The notes under the pieces: generated by a model
Database searches by the model: none
What the model saw: the letters and a program-made list of their open reading frames with translations, nothing else
What the model was told of the DNA's origin: nothing
Origin: Takakia lepidozioides
Lineage: Eukaryota > Plantae > Bryophyta
Direction: 5' to 3'
Assembly (NCBI GenBank): GCA_030704615.1
Contig: CM060734.1
Location: forward strand, 21,328,001 to 21,392,000
Length of the DNA: 64,000 nucleotides
Made by a program: the position numbers and the translations under genes
Shown: piece by piece, positions 1 to 12,239 of the stretch
Layout of the letters: every line of letters starts with the position of its first letter
Position numbering within the stretch: position 1 is the stretch's first letter

Positions 1-330
1 GCGACCGCCCATATTGGCGGTCGTCCGTAATTTATTTATTTATAAATGAAGCGACCGCCCAAATTGGCAGTCGCCCGTAATTTATTTATTTATAAATGAA
101 GCGACCTCCCATATTGGCGGTCGCCCGTAATTTATTTATTTTTAAATGAAGCGACCGCCCAAATTGGCGATCGCCTGTAATTTATTTATTTTTAAATGAA
201 GCGACCGCCCATATTGGCGGTCGCTTGTATTTTATTACATTTTAAAATAAGCGACCGCCTACATTGGCCACCATGTGGCGGTCGCTCTCTTGTTTTTATA
301 AATATAGCGACCGCCATGGCGTCGCGTTTT
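1..330. repeat. Tandem array (~46-bp unit) of hairpin motif GCGACCGCC-N5/6-GGCGGTCGC plus AT-rich linker; runs off the window's left edge
   Basis: Repeated gcgaccgccc(atatt/aaatt)ggcggtcgcccgtaatttatttattt(a/t)taaatgaa; same core as arrays at 8-12 kb and 15.6-18.7 kb. Confidence 0.95.
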
Positions 331-879
331 TTTTTTCTTAGAAATCCAGGGACCCGCCGTGTGGCGTTTTGTTTTTATTTTTAATCATGAAGCGGCCTCG
401 GCCAGCCACGGGGGTCAGGGAAAAACGAAACAAATGGGATGGGGGAGGTGGTTTTGAACCCTTGACCTTCCAATGTGGGTGCGCGTGGCGAGGGCGGCGC
501 CACTAGTCTGTCGCGCCTTTTCAAGCATAATGCCATTTTTTTTGGGGGGGTGGTGGCGCCTATATAAAACCATCCCCCCCTTTTCTGATCACTTTTGCCT
601 CTCTTGTGGTGCGGTTCCTTGGCATCCTAGTCCTTTCGGACTTCGTTGCTTGGCACTGCCAACGGGAGGTGCAAAGGTGATTATTTGGGGGGGGAGGTTT
701 GCGGTTTCTATTGGTCAGTCCCACACACTTGTTCACGGTAAAATCATCGTATCACCATTTTGCCGTTTCCGGATCTCCGCAGCCTGTTTTTTTTGCAGAA
801 AACTACGAAGACACCATCCACACGCGTTCATTGTCATTTTCTGAGGTTTTGGACCCTGTAGTGGGCAAAGGTTTATACA

Positions 880-2329
880 ATGGGGGGTGTGAATTCAAGT
901 TATGGGGCGGGATCGTCTGGGGGGGGGGAAGAGAAAACGTGCCCACGAGCGGGATAGCCAGGTCAAAAGCCAGACTACCCGGGACCGGATGCCTTGGATA
1001 GGTGAAAGAAGTGGTAGCGGATTATTTCAAGGGTAGGGACATGATGAGGCTGGAAGTGCTATGTTAGGCATGGATGGGAGGGGTTTCAGATTTTTCAGCA
1101 AAATATGGAGAGGAAAATGACAAAACGCTTTGGCGGGGGCTAAGTGGACGGCGGACAGGGACAAGCCGAAGTTCAATCGGTGGATCCAAAGCAGGGCGAA
1201 AGACGCCACGTGGAATTTGAGGCAGCTAATGAAGACATGGAAGGGTAGAACAACCGAGGGTCGAGTGCCCTCCGCCGAAGCTGAGTTAATGCGCGTGTGA
1301 GTATTGGGCTTGCTCGGCAAGTCAGAATTCACATCGCCGACTAGGGTTGTCCCTTGGAAGGCGGGGTCATCGGGCGGGGGATGCACAACTGGTCTTTATT
1401 ACCTAAACTCTAATGCGAAGGTGGTAGAGATTGGCCCTTACAAAGAAGGAGGGTATGCTAAGGTCCGTCACTGTAGGATTGTTGGGCGATTCTAGAATAC
1501 CGGAGCGTTGGGAGCTAGCGGGAAAAAAAACCCAAGTCCAAAAATCCAGAAAAGCGTTGAGACAACATAACGACGAGTGTTTGGCAGTGAAGTTCCAGCA
1601 CGTGGGTGTTATCTCGTATTTTGCTGTGAATGCACGTGAGGTAGAGGGTTACACTCGCTGGTGGAATGGGGGACAATACGCGATGATGAACCTTGACAGA
1701 AAATGGGGCAACGATTCGGACAACATGGTGATTTTGGAACAAAGGGGAACGGAAGCAGAGTTCCAGGAATGCGATCGCTTGCTTCGTTTCCGGAAAGTGC
1801 GCAGTAAACTTGCATGGGCACTGGTGTGCATCATGGATGTTGTCCACAAGAACGGTGTCCTGCACAACGACTTGTCCCCCGACAACATCTTGTTGCATTT
1901 TCCAGATGGCACCGAGGAGATCAAGATTGGGGTGTGTGATTGGGGCTTAGCCACCCCATTGGGCATACGCAAAGCCTCGCCGTACCAGTTTGAAAACCAA
2001 GACAAGCTGGACCGGGAACTCGCGAAAAGATGGTGGGGGTGGAAAAAGATATTGCATCGGTTTTCAATGCGAATGCCACCCCCCCCCCCCAGGACATGAC
2101 GTCGGAGGCCTTTGCCGTTGGGAAGATAGCGGTACGAATAAATGGCGGCGCTCATTATGATCAAAGTATGTTCCAGGACCAATTTACGGGAGGTTGTTGG
2201 CATTCAATGCTACAAAGGTTGTACGACAACAACAAGAATGAGAGAGTCACATTAGCCCATGTAGTACTTCGGTTCATGGGCAAGCCATTCAATTGGCCTG
2301 AGCCGAAAGACGTATATAGGACGGAGTAG
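880..2329 (+). pseudogene. Ser/Thr-type protein kinase, disrupted by stops and frameshifts; probably transposon cargo
   Basis: Gly-loop EGGYAKV (ORF 1304-1495), LAGK, catalytic loop VLHNDLSPDNILL, DWGLA (DFG equivalent) in ORF 1431-2099, C-lobe in ORF 2030-2329; TATA-like tatataaaa at ~561; start codon uncertain. Confidence 0.85.
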
Positions 2330-3124
2330 ACCATAGTCTCGTAGATATGAGATTTCTGGCGGTACAATGGTTCTTTTATGAAGACATAACTCAATTTTGA
2401 TCGTGCATGTAATAAATAAAGTCCCATTGTAAATACTACATTGCATATGCTCGACCCTGGCACCTGTCATCGCAACATAAATGGTTTGTGTACTGGCTCA
2501 CTGTTTATATTTGTAATGTTCCAAGGTTTCGGATAGGGTTATGAGAAAACGATGTATTAGTTCCGTAGGAGTTAGACAACAAACGTCTTCTCTCATTCAA
2601 CTGTGCGACACTACCATGAGAGGCATGGATCGGAAAGTAATAGGTGCACATGCGATACTAGGTCTCTACTTAAACGTGCGGAGGTCGCATGTACACCTAT
2701 TACTTTTTTATCCATGTCATGGTAGTATCGCACAGTTGAATGAGATATGGAACGTTTGTTGTCTAACTCCTATGGATCCAATATATCATTTTTCTCAGTA
2801 CCCTGTCAGAAACATTGAAACATTCGCAGTTACAAACAGTGCCACAATACACGGCCGGTTTTGTTGAAATGACATTTGTGAGGTTCGAGCGTATGCAATT
2901 TATTATTTACAACGGAATTTTATTTACTCGGGGGACCGGTACTGCTGTTGGAGCGCAACTGATGTGCGAGTTCTCTATTGATTGGAGCTGTCACAACCAA
3001 TGTCAACAATCATATTTACGGTAAGGTGTTTCATGCTATTGTTGTTCCTCTAGCTGAATTCTGTAGTACTTTTTTGCTATTCCATGCCAACGTCCTCTGA
3101 GACTGTCATGTTCAAACGGACGTA

Positions 3125-3620
3125 TCAGCCACCCCGGCCAGCTTGCAGGCTGCAGCCATGGCCCACCATAAATTGAATGAATTGGAGATTTTGTGCGAAG
3201 TTCCTGGTTTCATGTCCGTGGTGGCTGATACGGAATTCGGAATATGGCAGTCGCAGTGGACCTGATGTTGTTGGCATGGGAGTAGCAAAACGATTCCTAA
3301 ATAATTCTGCTACATGAACATCGGCAGTATGAAACACCTTGCAGTACATATGATTCTTGAGATTGTTTGCACGGATTATTTGTGTTTGTGCTTTCAAGTG
3401 GCGAACATTTCCGCCATGGTGCGGAAGACGTGCATTGGCCACATTAAACGGTTGATGTGATACCATTTCACAAATGTATTACATCACATTTGTGAAAATG
3501 TATCACATGAACCGTTCCATGTGGCCTACGGGAGATGGGCAAGGTTCTTCATCTAGATGTTCAACATGCTGAGGTCTTCTGTAATGTCTCTTGCTTCGTA
3601 ATGAGGTGCTTCTCCAACTC
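3125..3620 (-). pseudogene. Degenerate ORF paralogous to the N-terminus of the RING gene
   Basis: Minus strand ~3430-3485 translates CNTFVKWYHINRLMWP, versus CKKFVKWYHINRLWP in ORF 7326-7535. Confidence 0.6.
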
Positions 3621-3858
3621 TTATTTTTCCAATGCTAATATCTTCCATCTGGAACATATCCACACATGCGTATATAACTTAAAAAACAAATGACCATCAA
3701 AACTGGAAGCTGGGGATGAGGCTTATAAAAGTTGAGATGGTCATTTGTTTTTTAAGGATTTCTGCACACATATGTGGATCTGTTCCAGGTGGAGAATATT
3801 AACATATTGGATAAAGTGGACATGGAGAAGCACCGCATTACGAGGCAGAGACACTACA
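3580..3858. repeat. Imperfect inverted repeat, ~120-bp arms and ~40-bp loop
   Basis: cttaaaaaacaaatgaccatc pairs with gatggtcatttgttttttaag; ctggaacatatccaca with tgtggatctgttccag; cgtaatgaggtgcttctcca with tggagaagcaccgcattacg. Confidence 0.85.
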
Positions 3859-3929
3859 AAAAGAGCTTCAAAGGGCATACCATGTAACAGGTCCCAGTAT
3901 AATCGAAGACGAAACCCCATTCATTCAAT

Positions 3930-5240
3930 GGGCGATTGAATGGTTGCCCATCCAAATGATTTTCGTTTGCTTTCAATCTTTGCCACTATGTTCAACATAC
4001 CATGTATCAGGTCCCGGACTAATATCAGATCAATCGAAATTCATTCGATGGCTCAACGGATGGTTGGCCATCGAAATGATTTTGGTTCGCTTTGAGACTT
4101 GGCCACTATGTTCAATGTGCCATGTAAGAGGCCCAGAGTAATATGAGATCAATCGAAATTCGTTCAATGGGCCAACGGATGGTTGCCCATCCAAATGATT
4201 TTCGTTCGCTTTGAAACTTGGCCAGTGTGTTCAATGTATCCTCTGATACGTCCCAGTGTAATACGAGATCAATCGAAAATCGTTCGATTGTCCAATGAGG
4301 CGTTCACTTGTCATCTGGTTTTTGTTCAATGCGAAAAAGAAATGCAATGCGTGCACGGCTATTGCACCCATTGAACGGATGTGGTTGAAGCCCTCTTTTT
4401 TCCCGCATGTGCTTGAACATGTGCGACACATGTGCGGAGACACAACAGACGAATAAATCATTTGCCTCCCCATCGACGCGCCCCCTCAAGCCATTCCACA
4501 ATTTAATTGAATTTAAAATTTTAAGCCAATAAATAGGTTTGCACTGCCTTTCAGTGGGGGTTTCTGGCACGTATCGATTTTGTTTTTGGCTCAATTTTGT
4601 TCTGCGGCTTCCAACATCCCACGGCTACTCCCCCGCCAAAATTTGGACCAATAAAAAATGCCCCAAAAAAAAAGTGTTCTCTTCGCTCACTATTGCAGAA
4701 CTCTCTATGAAGAGTGCATGAAGTAGAACACAAATCAAGTTTGGAGTGCAAAACAGGGAAGAAACTGTGGTTTTGGGTCCAAATGAATTTTGATCGCTCC
4801 CAAATTTGGCACGCACGTTGCATATGGCTACATTACACACCCCATTAAAAAACGGAATGAAAAAAAAATCGTGAGCACGCGAAACACAGTCCAACAGGTC
4901 CCAAAGCAATAGCAGCTCCAACAGAATACATTCAACGGGTGAACGGATGGTTGCCCATCCAAATCATTTTGTTAGCTTCCAAACTTTGCCAGCACGTTCC
5001 AGACACCCTCTCACAGGTCCCGGACTAATATCAGATCAATCGAAATTCATTCGATGGCTCAACGGATGGTTGGCCATCGAAATGATTTTGGTTCGCTTTG
5101 AGACTTGGCCACTATGTTCAATGTGCCATGTAAGAGGCCCCAGAGTAATATGAGATCAATCGAAATTCGTTCAATGGGCCAACGGATGGTTGCCCATCCA
5201 AATGATTTTCGTTCGCTTTGAAACTTGGCCAGTGTGTTCA
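3930..5240. repeat. ~120-bp minisatellite in two blocks (~3930-4330 and ~4930-5240)
   Basis: tggttg(c/g)ccatc(c/g)aaatgattt recurs at ~3941, 4061, 4180, 4948, 5067, 5187; ~4010-4235 is nearly identical to ~5016-5241. Confidence 0.9.
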
Positions 5241-5345
5241 ATTCTGATTCCCCAATCAAAAATTTGTGCTTTGAGAATATATTCAAGGTACAACAAAAAT
5301 GCATATTGTATATGTACTACGCTGCCAGTCATTAAAGCCTAGTCG

Positions 5346-7623
5346 TCACTGTCCGGATGTGGAATTTGATGTTGTGGCCTGATTTGCACTGCCAATTGCC
5401 AGAGCTTGCGACCGTGATCTCGTGGTCAATGAGGGGCCCAATGGCATGTGATCAATTCTGGCCTGCATCCGCCTACTTCGCGGCGAAAGTTGACTTTCTT
5501 CTTCACTCTCACGACGTGGCGGAGGTGGATCGAGAACAAGTGCTCGGGCTGCATGCAAATCGGCAACGAGGCCGTCCACATCCGGCAATACAGCCCCCGA
5601 AACACGATGATAACGGTCTGTCCATAATCGCCTCCATTTCTCTACAACTGCCTTGATGGTACTTTTGAAACTTTCCAACTGCCTCTCGCGGGCCCTGTCC
5701 CTAATCATTGTGTCGTTTCGACGATAAGCCGCCTCGTACGCATCATTCATTCGGCGTTGACATATTATAGCATCTTCCAGTTCGGACAACAACAAATGTC
5801 TCCCAATCGGTTGTCGGTCATACAATTCGTTCTCCTCTGGCACCCATGGAACCTGTGGGAGCCGGATAAACCTGGACCTTCTTGAACTCCAATGCCATCC
5901 CAGATTGCGGCAAAACTGCTCTCTCTCCCACCAATCTCGAATACCTCCCGCACGCTTTGATGTATGCCGGGTTTCCGGTATGTATGCCATGCATCTCTCT
6001 GTCTACATCCCATACCAAGTTCTTGCCCCAATGCACACAATTCAGAAATGTGTATGGTAGCCCATCCAATGGGAGGTTGTGTCGATTGTATTCAAAACCT
6101 ATGGGCATCCGATCCTCCAAGCCCACCAGCTCATAGAAACGGCGATGGATTGGTGTACGACATTCTGGGCAAGCGCTCGTCCGCAAGGCTTGCGGGATAA
6201 GACATGTGAGATGGAACATATGTCCACATGATCCAAGCACATGACATCCCTCTGGGCCGTATGGATTCCTACACATCGAACAAACTGTGCCATCTGATAT
6301 CCATGACGGCAAAACGCCTCGTGGTATCTCCTCCCTCTGGGCCGGTTTGATGTGGCTGGTCATCCTTGTTGTGGTGTCCCACTCTTTCTCTATCTCCAAT
6401 TCCCAGTTTATGCTTCTGTTCGACCCGAAATTTTGTGCTCACATCGATCGAACATAGAATCCACATCTGCCCAATTGGTATACCCGGCGAACACGCTTGA
6501 TGCGATGCGGAGATCGTTATACCTTTGCATGTTGACATAAATGCTATCCACGCTACGGTTCGACATGCGTGCGACACGTTGCAAGCCTGACAGTGCCCGC
6601 TCTACCCGTGCTTCTCTGGAGGCCAAATGGGTCGCCCATTGTACCCAATTCTCCCAATCGCCATTCAATGGGACCCATGCCTGAATCTCCAGCGTTTTGG
6701 ACAAGCGCCATGCAGTTGCCATGGCAATGTCCCGCTCCTTTGTAACGCGGTCGACATCTAATATCGGGTTCATCTCCGATTGAATGGCGACCCTCGAGCA
6801 TTCCCGGGTTTCCAGTACTGGTTCTTTTCCTTTCCTCCTTCTCTCATCCGCAATTCGTTGTTCCTCAACCATGGTTTCATCGGCCACAGGGTCAAGGACG
6901 TCCGTAATTTCCTGAATGATGAGGTCAATACTGCGATCGGGCATCGCAAACTCCGCGTCCATGTCCACGACGTTTGTTCGATCCTCATTGTGGACAACAG
7001 TGCCTTCATTGTTTGGAGGCATGTCTTGCAATCTAGCTTCCAACTCGGCTATGCGCAGTGTTTGTCAGTCTAGTCGGTCCTGCAGGGTCCTGATTCGCTG
7101 GTCTCTTTCCGCTAGTTGTTCCTCTAACGTTGCAGCCGGTTGTATTCCGAACGTGTCCGGGATGTACTCCAAATCGTATAGCAACCTTGCGTTCCTCCTA
7201 CTAGCAGTTTGCCAATTCACTGGACGCAAAGAGTATGACCTCCACGTACAACATGGCTGCCAAGGTGTACGGGATTTGACCCTTTAAGAGAGGTTGACCC
7301 ACAATGTGCAATGCACCTCATTCGCCTATGCTGGAAATGCAAGTTCGCAAGACCTGGACTCTGCGTAATTGTTTCGGGTTTGCACGTCATGCCTATCCAA
7401 AGGCCACAATCGATTGATGTGGTACCATTTCACGAATTTTTTGCATCTCGCCATCGGCCACCGGAACTCTTCCGGAACATCCTCCCAGCCCTCTTCTGCT
7501 AGTATGCTAGGGTCACCAAATACTTCCCAATTCAAGTCTTGCCTTGACCTTTGATTTTCTTAGGGGGCGGTCCATTCATTGGGGTCATCTCTTCCATGAC
7601 GGTCATCGTCCTGGCCCTGCCAT
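5346..7623 (-). pseudogene. RING-H2 zinc-finger (putative E3 ligase) protein with coiled-coil region; disrupted
   Basis: CSMC-x14-CGHMFHLTC-x10-CPEC in ORF 5818-6399; collinear minus-strand ORFs 7326-7535, 6408-7043 and 5346-5990 joined across stops and frameshifts. Confidence 0.75.
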
Positions 7624-7974
7624 TCTACAACAATCGGAGCAACACTAAACGAGGTTTTCTAAAAAGACGTAACTCTAAAACCTTTCCCCGTTAAGTAGGT
7701 TTGAGTAGGTGTCAAATAGTTCCTAAAAACTAATTTTGTATAATAAAATGATCCTGGCCAGAGGAGGCCTATGGGAGCATTCTGTAACGACCTCACGAAA
7801 TCGGCAAAAAATACCCCCCACCCAACCAATGGCCTCCTTCTCCACGTGACTACTGTCGTGGAATAATGAAATGTCACACCACACAGAAGTTGTTGGAGAG
7901 GAAGTGAGGGAGAATAAGCCTCCCTTGGCTTATATCCCCCCCCCCCCTCATTTCTCGGACCACGTGCAGGCTAG

Positions 7975-10900
7975 AACCGACCGCCAACTTGGCGGTCGAT
8001 CCATTTTCCGGAAAAAAAAAATAAAAAATGACCGCCAACTTAGGCGATCGCTTCATTTTCAAAAACTTTAAAATAAATAAGCGACCGCCAACATAGGCGG
8101 TTGCTTCATTTCCAAAAACATTAAAACAAAAAAAACAACCGCCAACATAGGCGGTCGCTTCATTTTCAAAACATTTAAAATAAATAAGCGACCGCCAACA
8201 TAGGCGGTCGCTTCATTTTCAAAAACTTTAAAATAAATAAACGACGCCAATATAGCGGTCGCTTCATTTTCAAAAACTTTAAAATAAATAAGCGACCGCC
8301 AACATGGGCGGTCGCTGCATTTTCAAAAAAATTAAAAAAATTAAGCGACCGCCAACATAGGCGGTCGCTTCATTTTCAAAAACTTTAAAATAAATCATTT
8401 AATTTTTTTTTAAAATAAATAAGCGACCACCAACATAGGCGGTCGCTTCATTTTCTAAACATTTAAAATAAATAAGCGACCGCCAACATAGGCGATCGCT
8501 TCATTGTCAGAAACTTTAAAATAAATAAGGGACCGCCAACATAGGCGGTCGCTTTATTTTTAAAAAAATTATAAAAATTATGCGACCGCCAGCATAGGCG
8601 GTCGCTTCATTTTCAAAACTTAAAAAAAAAAAAAGCGACCGCAAACATAGGCGGTCGCTTCATTTTCAAAAACTTTAAAATAAATAAGAAACCGCCAACG
8701 TAGGTGGTCGCTTCATTTTCAAAAACTTTAAAACAAAAAAAGCGACCGCCAACATAGGCGATCGCTTCATTTTCAAAAACTTTAAAAAAAATAACGACCG
8801 CCAACATAAGCGGTCGCTTCATTTAATAAAAATTTAAAATAAAAAAGCGACCGCCAACATAGGCGGCCGCTTCATTTTCAAAAACTTTAAAACAAAAAAA
8901 GCGACCGCCAACATAGGCGGTCGCTTCATTTTCAAAAACTTAAAAAAAAATAACGACCGCCAACATAAGCGGTCGCTTCATTTAATAAAAATTTAAAATA
9001 AAAAAACGACCTCCAACATAGGCGGTCGCTTCATTTTCAAAACATTTAAATAAATAAGCGACCGCCAACTTAGGCGGCCGCTTCATTTTCAAAAACTTAA
9101 AAATGAATAAGCGACCGCCAACATTGGCGATCGCTTCATTTTAAAAACATTTAAAATAAATAAGCGTCCGCCAACATAGGCGGTCGCTTAATTTAAAAAA
9201 ACTTTAAAAAAAATAAGCGACCGCCAACATAGGCAGTCGCTTCATTTTCAAAAATATTAAAACAAAAAAAACGACCGCCAACATAGGCGGTCGCATCATT
9301 TAAAAAGTTTTTAAAATAAATAAGCGACCCCCAGCATAGGCGGTCACTTAATTTTCAAAACATTTAAAATAAATAAATGACCGCCAACATAGGCGGTCGC
9401 TTCATTTTCAAAACATTTAAAATAAATAAGCGACCGCCAACATAGGCGGTCGCTTCATTTTCAAAAACTTTAAAATGAATAAGCGACCGCCAGCATAGGC
9501 GGTCGCTTCATTTTTAAAACATTTAAAAAAAATAAGCTACGCCAACATAGGCGGTCGCTTCATTTCCTTTAAAATGAATATTTCAAAAAATAAGCGTCCG
9601 AGGCGGTCGCATTTCAAAAACTTTAAATAAATAAGCGACCGCCAATATAGGCGGTCGCTTCATTTTCAAAAAAATTAAAACAAAAAAAGCGACCGCCAAA
9701 TAGGGTCTTCATTTTTTTAAAAATTTAAAAAATTAAGTGATCGCCAGCATAGGCGGTCGCTTCATTTAAAACATTGAAATAAATAAGCGACGATAGGCGG
9801 TCGCTTCATCTTTAAAAAAATTAAAAAATAAGCGACCGCCAGCATAGGCGGTCGCTTCATTTTCAAAACTGAAAAAAAAAATAAGCGACCGCCAACGTAA
9901 GCGGTCGCTTCATTTTCAAAAAGTTTAAAATAAAAAAGTGCCTGCCAACGTATGCGGTCGCTTCAATTTCCCAAACCTTATATAAAAAAAAACGACCGCC
10001 AACATAGGCGGTCGCTTCATTTTCAAGAACTTAAAAAAAAATAACGACCGCCAACATAAGCGGTCGCTTCATTTAATAAAAATTTAAAATAAATAAGCGA
10101 CCGCCAGCATAGGCGGTCGCTTCATTTTCAAAACATTTAAAATAAATAAGCGACTGCCCACATAGGCGGTCGCTTCATTTTAAAAACATTTAGAATAAAT
10201 AAGCGACCGCCAGCATAGGCGGTCGTTTTTTTTTCAAAACATTGAAAATAAAGAAGCGACCGCCAACATAGGCGGGTCGCTTCATTTTCAAAAAACTTTA
10301 AAACAAAAAAAGCGACCGCCAATATAGGCGGTTGCTTCATTTAAAAAGTTTTTTAAATAAATAAGCGACCACCAGCATAGGCGGTCGCTTCATTTTTTCA
10401 AAACATTTAAAATAAATAATCGTCCACCAACATAGGCGGTCGCTTCATTTTCAAAACATTTAAAATAAATAAGCGACCGCCAACATAGGCGGTCGCTTCA
10501 TTTCCAAAAACTTTAAAAAAAATAACGACCGCCAACATAAGCGGTTGCTTCATTTAATAAAAATTTAAAATAAATAAGCGATCGCCAGTATAGGCAGTCG
10601 CTTCATTTTCAAAACATTTAAAATAAATAAGCGACCGCCAACATAGGCGGTCGGACTTTAAAATAAATAAGCGACCGCCAACATGGGCAGTGGCTTCATT
10701 TCCATAAACTTTAAAAATAATAAGCGGCCGCCAACATGGGCGGTGGCTTCATTTTCCAAAACTTTAAAATATATAAGCGACCGCCAACATAGGCGGTCGC
10801 TTCATTTTCAAAAAATTTAAAACAAAAAATCCAATCGCCAACATAGGCGGTCGCTTCATTTTCAAAACATTTAAAATAAATAAGCACGCGATCGCTTCAT

Positions 10901-11990
10901 TTTAAAAATATTTAAAATAAATAAGCGACCACCAGCCTAGGCGGTCGCTTCATTTTCAAAAACTTTAAAATAAATAAGCGACCGCCAACATAGGCGGTCG
11001 CTTCATTTTCAAGAACTTAAAAAAAATAACGAACATAAGCGGTCGCTTTTAAAAAAATTTAAAATAAATAAGCGACCGCCAGCATAGGGGGTCGCTTCAT
11101 TTTCAAAACATTTAAAATAAATAAGCGGCCGCCAACATAGGCGGTCGCGTCATTTTCGCCAATAATGGCGGTCGCCTCATTTCCAAAATATTTAAAATAA
11201 AAGCGACCGCCAGTAATGGCAGTCGCTACATCTTAAAAAATAACCATTAGAGCGACCGCCAGAAATGGCGGTCGCTGCATTTTGTAAAAACAAAAACTGC
11301 CAGTAATGGAAGTGAGGGGAGAATGACTGGGGCTTATATGCCCCCCCCCCCCCCCCCCCCCCCCCCTTCCTCACTCCACGCGCAAGGCAGACCTCGTAGA
11401 AGCGACCGCCACCATGGCGGTCGCTCCATTTAAAAACAAAAAAAAACGTCTGCCACAAATGGCGATCGTTCCATTTCGGCAAAAATAAAAAAATCGACCG
11501 CCAGTAATGGCGGTCGCTGCAGTTATAAAAACATAAAAAAAGTTCAAGCGAAGTGAGGGGAGAATGTCCCGGAGCTTATATGCCCCCTCCCTCCCGCCTC
11601 ACTCCTCGCTCCATGCGTAGGGCACACTTCGATGAAGCGACTGCCACCTTGGCGGTCTCTTCATTTTCATTTTCAAAACAATTAAAATATAAGCGACCAC
11701 CATAAATGGCGGTCGCTCCATTTCCAACCAAATTTCAATAAAAGTGACCGCCACTAATGGCGGTCACTGCAATTACAAAAAACAACAATAACGGCGACCG
11801 CCCCTAATGGCGGTCGCTGCATTTTGCTCCAAAAAAACAAAAAAACGACCGCCAGTAATAACGGTCGCTTCATTTCCAAAATAATGACTAGGAGCTTATA
11901 TGCCCCCCCCCTCCTCTCATTTCTCGCTCCACGCGGAGGGCAGACCTCGTAGAAGCGACCGCCACCTTGGCGGTCGCTCCATTTAAATAA
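7975..11990. repeat. ~4-kb tandem array of the ~46-bp GCGACCGCC-aacata-GGCGGTCGC hairpin unit
   Basis: Dozens of near-identical units aagcgaccgccaacataggcggtcgcttcattttcaaaaactttaaaataaat. Confidence 0.97.
11308..11970 (-). promoter_or_regulatory. Three copies of a TATA-like module resembling the sequence upstream of the RING gene (~7900-7990)
   Basis: (gaagtgagggga..)gcttatat(g)-poly(C)-ctcatttctcg/ctcact..cca(c/t)gcg..gca at ~11310, ~11550, ~11890 and ~7900; reads atataagc on the minus strand. Confidence 0.4.
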
Positions 11991-12239
11991 AAATGAATGC
12001 ACAGTTGGAAGCATGACACAATTGTTCTCCATTCCACAAGCAAATCACCGAACACAAACATGAGCAAGTGACGGTGCATTTGGCCGACATTTTGGCTGGT
12101 ATACACATGGGCAACATCTTTTATTTTCCAACACATACACAACAGCAATACAAATACTCATAGTGACAATGATCACATTGGTATTACTTCAGTACAGAAA
12201 TATAAACATGTCCACTAAAAAGTGCTGATGCATGCCTAC

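Noticed and set aside
7975-11990. CRISPR array (palindromic repeats with spacers)
   Set aside because: Spacers are near-identical A/T tracts rather than unique sequences; no cas genes; eukaryotic context.
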